A stretch of 64,000 bases of DNA from an uncultured Chloroflexia bacterium (GTDB lineage Bacteria > Chloroflexota > Limnocylindria > Limnocylindrales > CSP1-4), in the NCBI GenBank assembly GCA_963833225.1, contig CAWHXD010000008.1:416001-480000 (forward strand), given 5' to 3'. The position numbers and the translations under genes were made by a program. The notes under the pieces were generated by a model, which ran no database searches, was not told the origin of the DNA, and saw nothing but the letters and a program-made list of their open reading frames with translations. Positions 1 to 9,265 of this stretch are shown here, one piece after another; within the stretch, counting starts at the first letter, position 1, and every line of letters starts with the position of its first letter.

Positions 1-939
1 GCCGCCCGGACCGGTCGCGGCGACCCCGCCACCCGCGAGCGGCAGGCGCCCGACGGCCGCCGACACGATCCATCCGTCCACGACCCCGACCCCGCCGGGC
101 ACGGGCCGGTCGTTCCGGTACAGGACGGCCGGGGCGGTCCCCAGGCCCGCATATCCGCCGACGACCGGGTCTTCGAGGTTGAGGACCAGCGCCCCGTCAG
201 GGTCCACCAGCTCCGCCAGGCGGCGCTTGACCCGTCGGTAGGCGTCGACCGTCCCGTGCCGGTCCAGGTGGTCCGAGGTGACGTTCGTGTAGACCGCGAC
301 CGTCGTCCCCCGCGAGAGCGCGGGCAGCTGCAGCTCCGAGAGCTCCACGACCACGCGATGCCCCGGCGTCAGGTCGGACAGCCGCTCCACGAGGGGCTGT
401 CCGATGTTGCCGCCAAGGACCGCGGGATGCAGCGGGTCCGCGGCCAGGATCGCGTGGATCAGCGACGCAGTGGTCGTCTTGCCCTTGGTGCCCGTGACGC
501 CGATCGTCGGGGCCGGGCACAGGCGGAGGAACAGGTCTGACTCCGAGACCAGCGCCGGTGCCCCGGCCTCGCCCGCGGCCCGTGCCGCCACGATCGCAGC
601 CAGCGCCGCGCGGAGCCTGGGCTCGGTGGTTGGATAGGCGGGCGTGATCGAGGGCGACGTGGTGACCAGCGCGGCGCCGGCGAGGATCGACGCAGGGTCC
701 ACCTCGGGACCCAGCGCAAACCGGACGCCGCGGCCCCCGAGCTGATCGATCGCGCGCGCGAGGTCCACCTCGGGACGGATGTCGTAGACGGTGACGTCGG
801 CGCCAGCGTCGTGCAGGAAGCGGGCAAGCGCGATGCCGCTGCGCGCGAGACCCAGGACCGCGATCGGCCGCCCGTCGAGGGCCCCGGCGCGAATGCCGTC
901 GGGGGTCAGGCCATCGATGTCCACCGGGCTCAGCGTCAT
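1..939 (-). CDS. murD: UDP-N-acetylmuramoyl-L-alanine--D-glutamate ligase (3' end outside window)
   Basis: Own translation from ATG at 939: VLGLARSGIALARFL, P-loop GVTGTKGKTTT, GGNIG, ELSELQL, NVTSDHLDRH; follows mraY. Confidence 0.93.
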   Translation of the reverse strand, partial: MTLSPVDIDGLTPDGIRAGALDGRPIAVLGLARSGIALARFLHDAGADVTVYDIRPEVDLARAIDQLGGRGVRFALGPEVDPASILAGAALVTTSPSITPAYPTTEPRLRAALAAIVAARAAGEAGAPALVSESDLFLRLCPAPTIGVTGTKGKTTTASLIHAILAADPLHPAVLGGNIGQPLVERLSDLTPGHRVVVELSELQLPALSRGTTVAVYTNVTSDHLDRHGTVDAYRRVKRRLAELVDPDGALVLNLEDPVVGGYAGLGTAPAVLYRNDRPVPGGVGVVDGWIVSAAVGRLPLAGGGVAATGPGG

Positions 940-940
940 G

Positions 941-1921
941 TCAGCCGAGCGCATTGATCGAGGCCATGAAGAACGTGACGCCAAGCAGGCCGGCGAGGAT
1001 GCCCACGATCCAGAACCGGAGCGCGATCTTCTCCTCGTCCCAGCCGCCCAGCTCGAAATGGTGGTGGAGCGGGGCCATGCGGAACACCCGCTTGCCGCCC
1101 GAGATCTTGAAGTACCCGATCTGGATGATGTCGCTGGTCGTCTCGACCACGAAGATGAGGCCGATGATCGGCAGCACCAGGATCTGGCCGGTGATCAGGG
1201 CGATGACGGCCAGGGTTGCCCCCAGGCTGAGCGACCCGGAGTCACCCATGAACACCTGGGCCGGGTGGACGTTGAACCACAGGAACCCGAGCAGGGCGCC
1301 GATGATCAACGCGCACAGGAACGCCGTGTTCGGCTGGGCGGGCACGTTAAGCAGCGCGATGATCATGAACGACACGAACGCGAACGCGAGGGTGCCGCCG
1401 GCGAGGCCATCGAGGCCGTCCGTGATGTTCACGCCGTTGGACGCCGCCACGATCGCGAACGCGGCAAATGGCACGTAGATGAACGGCTCGATGAACACGT
1501 CGCCAACGAACGGCACCCGGATCTCGGTGATCTGGTAGGTGCTCTGGATCTGCCAGGCCACGAACACCGCGACGACCGACTGCCAGAGGAGCTTGTGGCG
1601 GGCACGGATGCCCTCGCCGGTCCGGGCGTTGAGGTAGTCGTCCACCGCGCCAAGGAGGCCCACCAGGGCGAGCGTCGCGAGCGGCGCGATGATGCCGCCC
1701 TGGACCGGCCAGCGCAGCAGGAGGAAGATCCCGAGCACCACGCTGATGATCAGCAGGCCGCCCATCGTGGGGGTCCCCCACTTGATCATGTGGCTCTGCG
1801 GGCCCTCCTCGCGGATCTGCTTGGCGTAGCCGAGGTGGCGAAGCAGCCGGATGTAGGGCGGCATCAGGATGACCACCAGGGCGAAGGCGAGGAGCAGCCC
1901 CTGGATCAGCTCGAGCGTCAT
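941..1921 (-). CDS. mraY: Phospho-N-acetylmuramoyl-pentapeptide transferase
   Basis: KWGTPTMGG, NITDGLDGLA, FMGDSGSL, MAPLHHHFEL motifs; multi-pass membrane; start MTLEL overlaps murF stop. Confidence 0.96.
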   Translation of the reverse strand: MTLELIQGLLLAFALVVILMPPYIRLLRHLGYAKQIREEGPQSHMIKWGTPTMGGLLIISVVLGIFLLLRWPVQGGIIAPLATLALVGLLGAVDDYLNARTGEGIRARHKLLWQSVVAVFVAWQIQSTYQITEIRVPFVGDVFIEPFIYVPFAAFAIVAASNGVNITDGLDGLAGGTLAFAFVSFMIIALLNVPAQPNTAFLCALIIGALLGFLWFNVHPAQVFMGDSGSLSLGATLAVIALITGQILVLPIIGLIFVVETTSDIIQIGYFKISGGKRVFRMAPLHHHFELGGWDEEKIALRFWIVGILAGLLGVTFFMASINALG

Positions 1922-3408
1922 GCTCGTGCCGCTCCATCGTCGGCAACGAGCGAGTCCACCACCCACTCGAGCTCCACGCCGCGGGACGCCTTGACCAGGA
2001 CCACGTCGCCCTCGCGGCAGGCGGCGCGCACGTGCGAGACGGCCCCCGCCCGGTCCGCGGCAGCCAGGATGCAGCGGGGATCCATGCCGGCGTCCCGGGC
2101 GCCCGCGACGATGCCCTCCGCGGCACCGCCAGGTTCGCCATCGACCACGACCAGCAGGTCCAGGACCCGCGCGGCCGCCTCGCCAACCTCGCGGTGGCCG
2201 GCGTCATGCCCGTCACCCAGCTCGCGCATCTCGCCCAGCACCGCGACGTGGCGTCCCGGCAGGCCGGCCAGGAGCTCGAGGGCGGCGCGCATGGAGCCCG
2301 GGGAGGCGTTGTAGGCGTCGTCGACGATGGTCAGGCCGTGCGCCCGCACGACGGCCGACCGGTGCGGGGCCGACGACGGGGTCGCCAGGCCCGGGACGAT
2401 CTCGTCGAGGGTCATCCCGGCGGCCAGGCCGGCGGCAGTCGCGGCGAGCGCGTTATGGACGGCGAGCCGGCCCAGCCCCGGGATCGCGACGTCTCGTTCG
2501 CCGGCGGGTGTCCGCAGGTGGAACCGCATTCCGTCGAACCCGGCAGACACGATCGCGCCGGCGGTGATTTCCGCGGCGGCTGCGAGCCCATAGGTGACGA
2601 CGCGGGCGGCAGTCCGGCCGGCCATGCGGGCCACGCGGTCGTCATCGGCGTTGAGGATGGCGACCCCGCCGTCGGCGGCGCCCGGGAGGGCCTCGACGAG
2701 CTCGGCCTTCGCGTCCTCGATCGCGCCAAGGCTGCCGATGCGCGAGAGATGCACGGGCTGCACCGCGGTGACGATCCCGATCGATGGCCGCCCGATGGCC
2801 GCGAGGTCGCGGATCTCGCCGCCGGCGTACATCCCCATCTCGAGGACGGCGGCACCATGGTGCGGGCCCAGGTCCAGGACGGTCAGGGGCAGGCCGACCT
2901 CGTTGTTGCGGTTGCCCTCGGTCCGCAGGGTGACGAAGCGGCTCGCAAGCACGCCCGCCACGGCCTCCTTGGTCGACGTCTTCGCGATGCTGCCCGTGAT
3001 CCCCACCACGATCGGCGAGAAGCGGAGCCGCCAGGCCGCCGCGATCGCCTGCAGGGCACGCAGGGCATCCGGCACTCGGACGATGCTCAGGTCTCCGAGC
3101 TCGTCGAACGGCGGCTCGCCGGCGGCCGCGTCGGGGTCACGGGTCACCAGCACCGCGGCCGCGCCCGCGTCCGCAGCCGCCCGGAGGAACCGGTGGCCGT
3201 CGGTGCGCTCGCCGGGGAGGGCGACGAACAGGGTTCCCGGCCGGACCAGGCGCGAGTCCACCGCGCCACCCCGGATCGGCCGCGAGCTCCGGCGGACGAG
3301 TGTCCCACCCGTCGCGTCGAGCAGGTCATCGGCCGCCAGGGCCGGCGTTGGGGCGGGCGTCCGTGCGGGGTCCGTCACGGGATCGAGTGTCGCACAGGCC
3401 CGCGTCAC
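1918..3408 (-). CDS. murF: UDP-MurNAc-tripeptide--D-Ala-D-Ala ligase
   Basis: DSRLV, GITGSIAKTSTKE, GNRNNEVGLP, DDAYNASPGSM, VLGEMRELG, KASRG; start may be the GTG at 3378. Confidence 0.95.
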   Translation of the reverse strand: MTRACATLDPVTDPARTPAPTPALAADDLLDATGGTLVRRSSRPIRGGAVDSRLVRPGTLFVALPGERTDGHRFLRAAADAGAAAVLVTRDPDAAAGEPPFDELGDLSIVRVPDALRALQAIAAAWRLRFSPIVVGITGSIAKTSTKEAVAGVLASRFVTLRTEGNRNNEVGLPLTVLDLGPHHGAAVLEMGMYAGGEIRDLAAIGRPSIGIVTAVQPVHLSRIGSLGAIEDAKAELVEALPGAADGGVAILNADDDRVARMAGRTAARVVTYGLAAAAEITAGAIVSAGFDGMRFHLRTPAGERDVAIPGLGRLAVHNALAATAAGLAAGMTLDEIVPGLATPSSAPHRSAVVRAHGLTIVDDAYNASPGSMRAALELLAGLPGRHVAVLGEMRELGDGHDAGHREVGEAAARVLDLLVVVDGEPGGAAEGIVAGARDAGMDPRCILAAADRAGAVSHVRAACREGDVVLVKASRGVELEWVVDSLVADDGAARA

Positions 3409-5233
3409 GGGTAGACCGTGAAGGCGGGGATGGCATGTACCTCGGGGACGAGGTCGGGCGTGGTGATGGCGTCGTGGGCGATGCGCCGGAACAGCTCGAA
3501 GCTCATCACCGGCATCTCGAGCTGCCCCCGCCGGACAACGGTCGGCGTCCCCTCCTCGATCCGGATCGCCACCACGAGATCCGGCCGCCCGGCTTGGCGG
3601 GCGACGTATCCCACGAACGAGTAGTTGAACAGGTTCACCTTCCAGGCGCCGGCCGCGCTGTCCCAGATCTGCGCGGTGCCGGTCTTGCCGCCAACCTCGA
3701 AGCCCTTGATCAGGGTCCGGTCACGGTAGAAGCTCACCTTGGTGATCACCTTGTCCATCATGGTCATCAGCTCTCGGGAGACCCGCTCGGACATCACCCG
3801 GCCGCGGATGATGGGGGTCGTCTCGAGATCGCCGATCGACTTCACGACCCGTGGCTGGACCAGGACGCCCCCGTTGAGCATCGCGCCGTAGGCCTGGGCG
3901 AGCTGGATGGGCGTGACGGCAACCCCCTGCCCGAAGGCACCGTTGGCGAGGTCGATCTCCCGCCACGGCTGCTGCGACGGGTCATGCACGAATTCCTTTG
4001 ACCTCGTTGGCGACGTCGATGCCGGTCGGCGCGCCAAAGCCGAGCTTGCGCCAGGTGCTGAACAGCCGCTGGCTTGACTCCTTGGTATTCCGGCCGAGAC
4101 CAAGCGCGACCTTGGCGGCAACCACGTTGCGCGAGAAGGCGATCTGGGTGACAAAGGTCTTGAACCCGTTCGACAGGTGGTCGGCGTTGTCCACGTGGGT
4201 GCGCCCGCCATCGAGCTGCAGCGTCCCCTGGTCCTGGATCTTCGTCTTGAGCGTGACCGTGCCCAGGCCGAGCGCAGCGGTCGCGGTCAGCATCTTGAAC
4301 ACCGAACCCGGCTCGTAGACGGTCGACACGATGGGGTCCACGAAGACGCCCGGATCCTCGGCTGCGATGGTCGCATACTGGTTCGCGTCGTACGACGGAT
4401 AGCTCGCGTAGGCGAACACCTCGCCCGTGTACGGGTCCATGACGACCGCCGATACCCGCTTGGCCCGGTCCGCGATCCAGGCGGCCAGCAGCTCCTGCTC
4501 AACGGCGACCTGGAGCGAGGCATCGATGGTCAGGGTGAGGTTCTTGCCCGGCACGCCCTCCTCGATCACCACCGTGGTATCCGGGACGGTATTGCCCAGC
4601 GCATCATGCTGCGCGGCAACCACCGTCTTGCGGCCGGCGAGATCGCCCTGGTAGTACTGCTCCACGCCGTACTGGCCGGTGCCTCCGCGATTCACGAAGC
4701 CCAGGAGATGGGCGGCGAGCGTCGACCGGGGGGCGCCGCCAGGCTGCGGGTACAGGCGCACGCTCTCCGGCTCCAGCAGCAGCCCTTCCAGCTCGGGATT
4801 GGGGCCGGCCGAGAGGCGGCGGATGAGATCGGAGGTTTCCGGCTCCAGGTCGCGCGCAAGGACCTTGTACTGGCTCTCGGAGATCATCTTGAGCGGTCAG
4901 GCTGGCCGCGGCGTCGCCCTCCAGGCCCAGGATCCGGACCAGGCTCGCGGCCACCAGGCGGCGCCGCAGGGAGGAGAGCCTGACGGGGTTGGCCGCAAGC
5001 CGGTCGCGCTCGACGCTCGTGGCCAGGACCACGGTTCCCGTGCGGTCGTAGATCGAGCCCCGCTTGGCCGGGATCTCGTAGGTCATCGACGACTGCTTCT
5101 TCGCCGCGTCCGAGAGGTCTTGCCGGCGGACCACCTGCCAGTAGGCGAGGCGCGCGCCGAGGCTCCCCGCCAGGACGACGAAGATCAGGAGCAGCAGCAG
5201 CGCCCGGGTGCGGGAGTCGGTCCGGCCAAGCAT
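3405..5233 (-). CDS. ftsI: Penicillin-binding protein FtsI/PBP2b, split over three frames by apparent +1 insertions near 4892 and 3990
   Basis: N-terminal TM plus KRGSIYDRTG; transpeptidase motifs EPGSVFK (SxxK), SRN, KTGTAQ all intact across the pieces. Confidence 0.9.
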
Positions 5234-5248
5234 TCGACGCGGGTGGCG

Positions 5249-5632
5249 CTAGCGAGCCGGGATGATGAGCGGTTCTGGCAGCGCACCGAGGCCGGCGTCG
5301 ATCGCCTGCTTGCGGATGGCCGGCGCCTTGCCGAGCCGGTTGAGCTCGTTGTACAGGTCCTGTGCCTGGGCCTCGAGGCGAAGGTGCACGGCGGACAGCT
5401 GGTCGAGCTTGTAGCCGGTGGCCGACACCATGACGTCCTGCGACAGCGAGAAGAAGGCGCCCGCGAACCCGACCACGATGACCGCGAGCACGATCGAGAT
5501 CCGTGACGGACCGCGGCGAGCGCGGACGGCCGCTCGCGTTCGACGCCGAGGAAGGACCGGTGCCCGCAACTCCACGCGCGGCCGCCGCGGAAGGACGATC
5601 GGGCGCTGGCGCGCGCCCTCGTAGACCGCCAT
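5249..5632 (-). CDS. ftsL: FtsL-like cell division protein
   Basis: Basic N-terminus, single TM, coiled-coil C-terminus; immediately upstream of ftsI. Confidence 0.6.
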   Translation of the reverse strand: MAVYEGARQRPIVLPRRPRVELRAPVLPRRRTRAAVRARRGPSRISIVLAVIVVGFAGAFFSLSQDVMVSATGYKLDQLSAVHLRLEAQAQDLYNELNRLGKAPAIRKQAIDAGLGALPEPLIIPAR

Positions 5633-5634
5633 GC

Positions 5635-5832
5635 CTAGTCGCCCAGCGCGTAGTGCAGGCGCGGCGAACGCGGATCGATCAGGCCCAGCCGGTCGGCGAT
5701 CGCGGCCGGTCCGAGATCATCGGACAGGGCGTCGTCGGTGACGGGGACGAGGTCGCGCCCGCGACGCTCGTGCAGCTCGTGCTGGCGGCGACCGTAGGAC
5801 TTGCGGCGGTTGTGCTGATGACGCTTGCTCAC
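5635..5832 (-). CDS. Small 65-aa hypothetical protein with basic N-terminus, inside dcw cluster
   Basis: GTG at 5832 preceded by GGAGGAGG RBS; stop lies 2 nt before the ftsL start. Confidence 0.65.
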   Translation of the reverse strand: MSKRHQHNRRKSYGRRQHELHERRGRDLVPVTDDALSDDLGPAAIADRLGLIDPRSPRLHYALGD

Positions 5833-5939
5833 GGGACTCCTCCTCCGTGGGCTCGGCCGGCGATGTCGCCGGCTCGGCGAGTGATACGGGTGGGGCGCGT
5901 CGGGCCGTGGGTCTGTTCCTGGTGGTCGCTCCTTCCGTG

Positions 5940-6884
5940 TCACGCGGCGAGCCGCTCGGCCGCACGCAGTCGGGCGCTCCTGGCCCGTGGGTTCGCGGTG
6001 ATCTCCTCGGCCGTCGGCACCAGCGACGGCCTGGTGACGAGACGGAGGCGGGGCGCCTTGCCGCAGATGCACACCGGCGCCTCGGGCGCACACGTGCATC
6101 CCCGCCGCTCGGCGGCCAGGAACCGCTTCACGATCCGGTCCTCGAGCGAGTGGTAGGAGAGGACGACGAGGCGGCCGCCGGGCCGCAGCAGGTCAACCGC
6201 CGCGGCGAGGCCGTCCTCGAGCGCGTCCAGCTCTTCGTTGACGGCGATCCGGAGCGCCTGGAACACGCGCGTCGCGGGGTGAATGCGCCTCGGCCGGCGG
6301 GGGTTGTCCGGCAGGGTCCGCTCCACGAGTGCCGCCAGCTCCTCGGCCGTCTCGATCGATGCCGTCGCCCGTGCCGCAACGATGGCCTTCGCGATCCGCC
6401 ACGCGGATGGCTCCTCGCCGTACCGGCGGAACAGGGCTGCCAGCTCGTCGGCCGTCAGGGTCGCCAGCAGCTCGGCGGCCGGGACGCCGCCAGCCGTGTC
6501 GAACCGCATGTCGAGCGGCCCGCCGGCACGGAACCCGAAGCCCCGCTCACGATCCGCGAGCTGGAACGACGACAGGCCGAGGTCGAACAGGGCGCCGTCG
6601 ACGGCGCCGAAGCCGGCGTCCGGCGCGACCATGGCCAGCTCCCGGAAGTTCGCCCGCCGCAGGACCAGGCGGTCACCGAACCGGGCCAGCCGCTGTCCAA
6701 CGCGTTCGATGGCCGCGCCGTCCGCGTCGAGGCCCAGCACCCGGCCATCGGGGCTGGCGGCCTCCAGGATCCGCTCGGTGTGCCCACCGCCGCCGACCGT
6801 CGTGTCGATCTGCAGGCTGCCGGCTGACGGGGCCAGGGTCGCGATGACCTCGACCGGCATCACCGGCAAATGCCCTTCCTGCAT
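5940..6884 (-). CDS. rsmH: 16S rRNA (cytosine1402-N4)-methyltransferase
   Basis: HLPVM, DTTVGGGGH, DLGLSSFQL, PLDMR, HPATRVFQALRIAVN, YHSLEDRIVK, NPRARSARLR. Confidence 0.97.
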   Translation of the reverse strand: MQEGHLPVMPVEVIATLAPSAGSLQIDTTVGGGGHTERILEAASPDGRVLGLDADGAAIERVGQRLARFGDRLVLRRANFRELAMVAPDAGFGAVDGALFDLGLSSFQLADRERGFGFRAGGPLDMRFDTAGGVPAAELLATLTADELAALFRRYGEEPSAWRIAKAIVAARATASIETAEELAALVERTLPDNPRRPRRIHPATRVFQALRIAVNEELDALEDGLAAAVDLLRPGGRLVVLSYHSLEDRIVKRFLAAERRGCTCAPEAPVCICGKAPRLRLVTRPSLVPTAEEITANPRARSARLRAAERLAA

Positions 6885-6946
6885 CACTCCTCCACGGTTC
6901 GGATAGCGGATCCCGGGCGGACCCTGGAAGCGCATGTGGTGCGACG

Positions 6947-7375
6947 TCAGATCCCCAGGCCCGCGATGGCGGCCGCAAAGGCCGACGGATCCTCGAGCGC
7001 CTGGCTGTACTCCTCCCACCGCGCCGGGGCCCAGATCTCGGCGTGGTCCCGACTGCCCAGGACCATCGCCTCGCTCACGAGGCCCGCGAATGCGCGCAGG
7101 CCCTGCGGAACGAGCACCCGGCCCTGGCGGTCGAGCTCCGTCTCCTGGGCCCCCGCGAACAGCTGCCGCTGCAGCAGCCGGGCGTTGGGATCGGTCATGG
7201 GCAGGCTCCCCACCTTCGTCGAGAGCAGCTCCCAGGCCGGCATCGGGAAGATCGCGAGACAGGTGTCGAGCCACCTCGCGACCACGCAGCCACCCTCGAG
7301 CTGGGCGCGGAAGCGGGCAGGGACAGCGAGGCGCCCCTTCTCGTCGACCGCATGCCGGTACTCGCCGGTGAACAC
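6947..7375 (-). CDS. mraZ: Division/cell wall cluster transcriptional repressor MraZ
   Basis: MFTGEYRHAVDEKGRLAVP and LDRQGRVLVP (two DxxGR AbrB-like repeats). Confidence 0.97.
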   Translation of the reverse strand: MFTGEYRHAVDEKGRLAVPARFRAQLEGGCVVARWLDTCLAIFPMPAWELLSTKVGSLPMTDPNARLLQRQLFAGAQETELDRQGRVLVPQGLRAFAGLVSEAMVLGSRDHAEIWAPARWEEYSQALEDPSAFAAAIAGLGI

Positions 7376-7454
7376 CGCGTCCCGTCACTCCTGACATCGG
7401 GCGACGCCGGGTGAGTGATCAACCTGGGTCCTGGTGGCGGTCTGCCCGCCGCAT

Positions 7455-7483
7455 TCCCCACTTTCCACCACTTTGCGCCACTG
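7455..7483 (-). promoter_or_regulatory. MraZ operator: three GTGG boxes at 10-bp spacing
   Basis: Minus strand AGTGGCGCAA AGTGGTGGAA AGTGGGGA (CCAC at 7458, 7468, 7478); resembles the known periodic GTGG/TGGG MraZ sites. Confidence 0.8.
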
Positions 7484-7489
7484 CTTGGC

Positions 7490-7517
7490 ATTCTAGCGCG
7501 GTAATGGGGGCCGTCAA
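7490..7517 (-). promoter_or_regulatory. sigma70-type promoter of dcw cluster
   Basis: -35 TTGACG (7517-7512), 16-bp spacer, -10 TAGAAT (7495-7490), just upstream of the MraZ boxes. Confidence 0.7.
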
Positions 7518-7589
7518 TGGGCGAAATCGCACGAGGTGCGCGTTTCGAGGCCGTCGTCGGGTCGCGGGGAGCAAGCCCGCGAGGGTCGC

Positions 7590-7700
7590 CGCGGGGCCGG
7601 GGACCGCGGGGGTCGCGGCGGCGCTGGGCCGGGGGCGCGGGGGCCGCGGGGGCCGGGGGGCGCGGGGTCGGGGCGCGGGGTCGGGGCGCGGGGTCGGGCC
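7590..7700 (+). repeat. G-rich low-complexity tract with tandem GGGGTCGGGGCGC units
   Basis: Many GGGG runs; about 3 tandem 13-bp units at ~7664-7698. Confidence 0.7.
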
Positions 7701-7844
7701 GGTGAGGACGCCGCGGGGCCGGGCCGCTTCATCGTGCGTACCCTGCGCGAGGTCGGGCCGTGGGGCGCAGGCTCAAGCGTCTGGACGAGGCGCTCGCCGG
7801 CGCCGAGATCGACGGCGGCCAGCGGCGGCGAAAGCGCGAATGTG

Positions 7845-7974
7845 CCAGATATCACCCCAAGCCTATGCACGGACGGCAAATCGGTCTCGGAGGCTCCGAA
7901 TATCACCCGGGGGTGATATAGCGGCCCACACGGGTCGTGGGCCCGTGCGTGTAGTTGCTGGGGGTGATATCTGG
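7845..7974. repeat. ~130-bp inverted-repeat element, copy 1 (MITE/REP-like)
   Basis: 14-bp perfect terminal IRs CCAGATATCACCCC / GGGGTGATATCTGG; internal palindrome TATCACCCGGGGGTGATA; related copy at 38269-38399. Confidence 0.7.
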
Positions 7975-8181
7975 GGCGAACTGACGGGCGGGACGCGGGT
8001 CGCAGGCGGGACGGCGGGACGGGGGGGCGGCCCGCCCCAGCTGGCCAGCGAGCCGAGAGCAGGGTTCGGTCGCGGTCGCCCAGGCCGATCCCGGGGGCCT
8101 CGCCGCCGACGCCACCGTCGCGGCCCGGTCGAAGCTCGGTCGGATGCCGTCGTTCTCCGCGCTAGCGCGTGGGCGGTGGCA

Positions 8182-9030
8182 TCAGCGCGTGGGCGGCGGC
8201 ATCCGGATCTCGTCGCCAACCCGCAGGTGCTTGTCCGGGTACTGCGGGTTCCACGCGTAGATGGTGGACAGCGGATGCCCGAAGTAGTGGGCGATCGAGT
8301 ACAGGTTGTCGCCCGAGCGAACCGTATAGATCCAGCAGTCGCTGCGGTCGGGGCACGCCTCCAGCAGCTTGTACCGGTCGCTCTCTGGCTTCGCGCTCGC
8401 CCCGGGAGTGGGCGTCGGGGTTGGCTGGACCGCGGGCGAGGGCGACGGGGTCGGGGCCAGCGACGGGGTCGGGGCCAGCGACGGGACGAGGGTCGGAGAC
8501 GCGGCGCCGACCACGCTCGGCTCCGCCGACGGCGCCGTCGTGATCGATGCCGGCGCGCCACTTGAGACGGACGGTTCGGTCACCTGGGGCGTCGGGGTTG
8601 CCACGATCGCCAGGGGACTCTCACCGGCACCGACGACCGGCATGGCAATGCCACCGCGCTGGACGACGAATCCGAAGGAGATCCCGGCGCTCAGGATCAG
8701 GATCAGGAGCGCTGCGAGCGTCGCTCGCGGCACGGTCGGCACGGTCCGAGCCGGAGGCGCCGAATCCCCCACCATGGCGCCGCGGAGGTAGCGCGGGCAG
8801 TCGGCATGGGCGACGCGCAGGCACACGAGCTCCTGCTGGCGGAGGGACTGCGGCCGGGCTGACCCGATCGCGACACACGCCTGGTCATCCGAGGGACTGG
8901 AGAACGGCGCCAGCAGCGCGTCGCCGGTGTCGCGGCGGAGGAACGGGCACACGGAGGGGTCTGGCGAGCGGGCGGCATCGCCGAACACCGGGAGCGCGGG
9001 GCGCATCGCCGACTGCCCGGATGCAGCCAC
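8182..9030 (-). CDS. Membrane-anchored LysM domain protein with N-terminal Cys-rich domain
   Basis: C-terminal YTVRSGDNLYSIAHYFG...WNP...LRVGDEIRMP LysM; one TM; Pro/Thr linker; four N-terminal Cys. Confidence 0.85.
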   Translation of the reverse strand: MAASGQSAMRPALPVFGDAARSPDPSVCPFLRRDTGDALLAPFSSPSDDQACVAIGSARPQSLRQQELVCLRVAHADCPRYLRGAMVGDSAPPARTVPTVPRATLAALLILILSAGISFGFVVQRGGIAMPVVGAGESPLAIVATPTPQVTEPSVSSGAPASITTAPSAEPSVVGAASPTLVPSLAPTPSLAPTPSPSPAVQPTPTPTPGASAKPESDRYKLLEACPDRSDCWIYTVRSGDNLYSIAHYFGHPLSTIYAWNPQYPDKHLRVGDEIRMPPPTR

Positions 9031-9265
9031 ATGATCGTGATCGCCGGTCCGGTCCGCGCCCGCGTCTTCGGGTTCTTCGCTCAGCGCCCTGTCCCTCCCA
9101 GTGCTGCCATGGCCTCCCCCGAACGGCGCGAGTCTAGTACCTCCGGACCCTTGCCGGGTCGGAATCCCGGGTGCTAGGCTGCGCGTCCGCTAGTGCCGCA
9201 CCCGTTGCAGGCAGCGGTACAGTTGGCCACGGCCACCTACCGGGAAGAGATCGAGCCAAAGTCCA

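Noticed and set aside
3982-4900. Programmed frameshifting in ftsI
   Set aside because: No slippery heptamer at either site, and the same +1 pattern occurs in several unrelated genes
8430-8490. 18-bp tandem repeat GCGACGGGGTCGGGGCCA
   Set aside because: Encodes the LAPTPS Pro/Thr linker of the LysM protein
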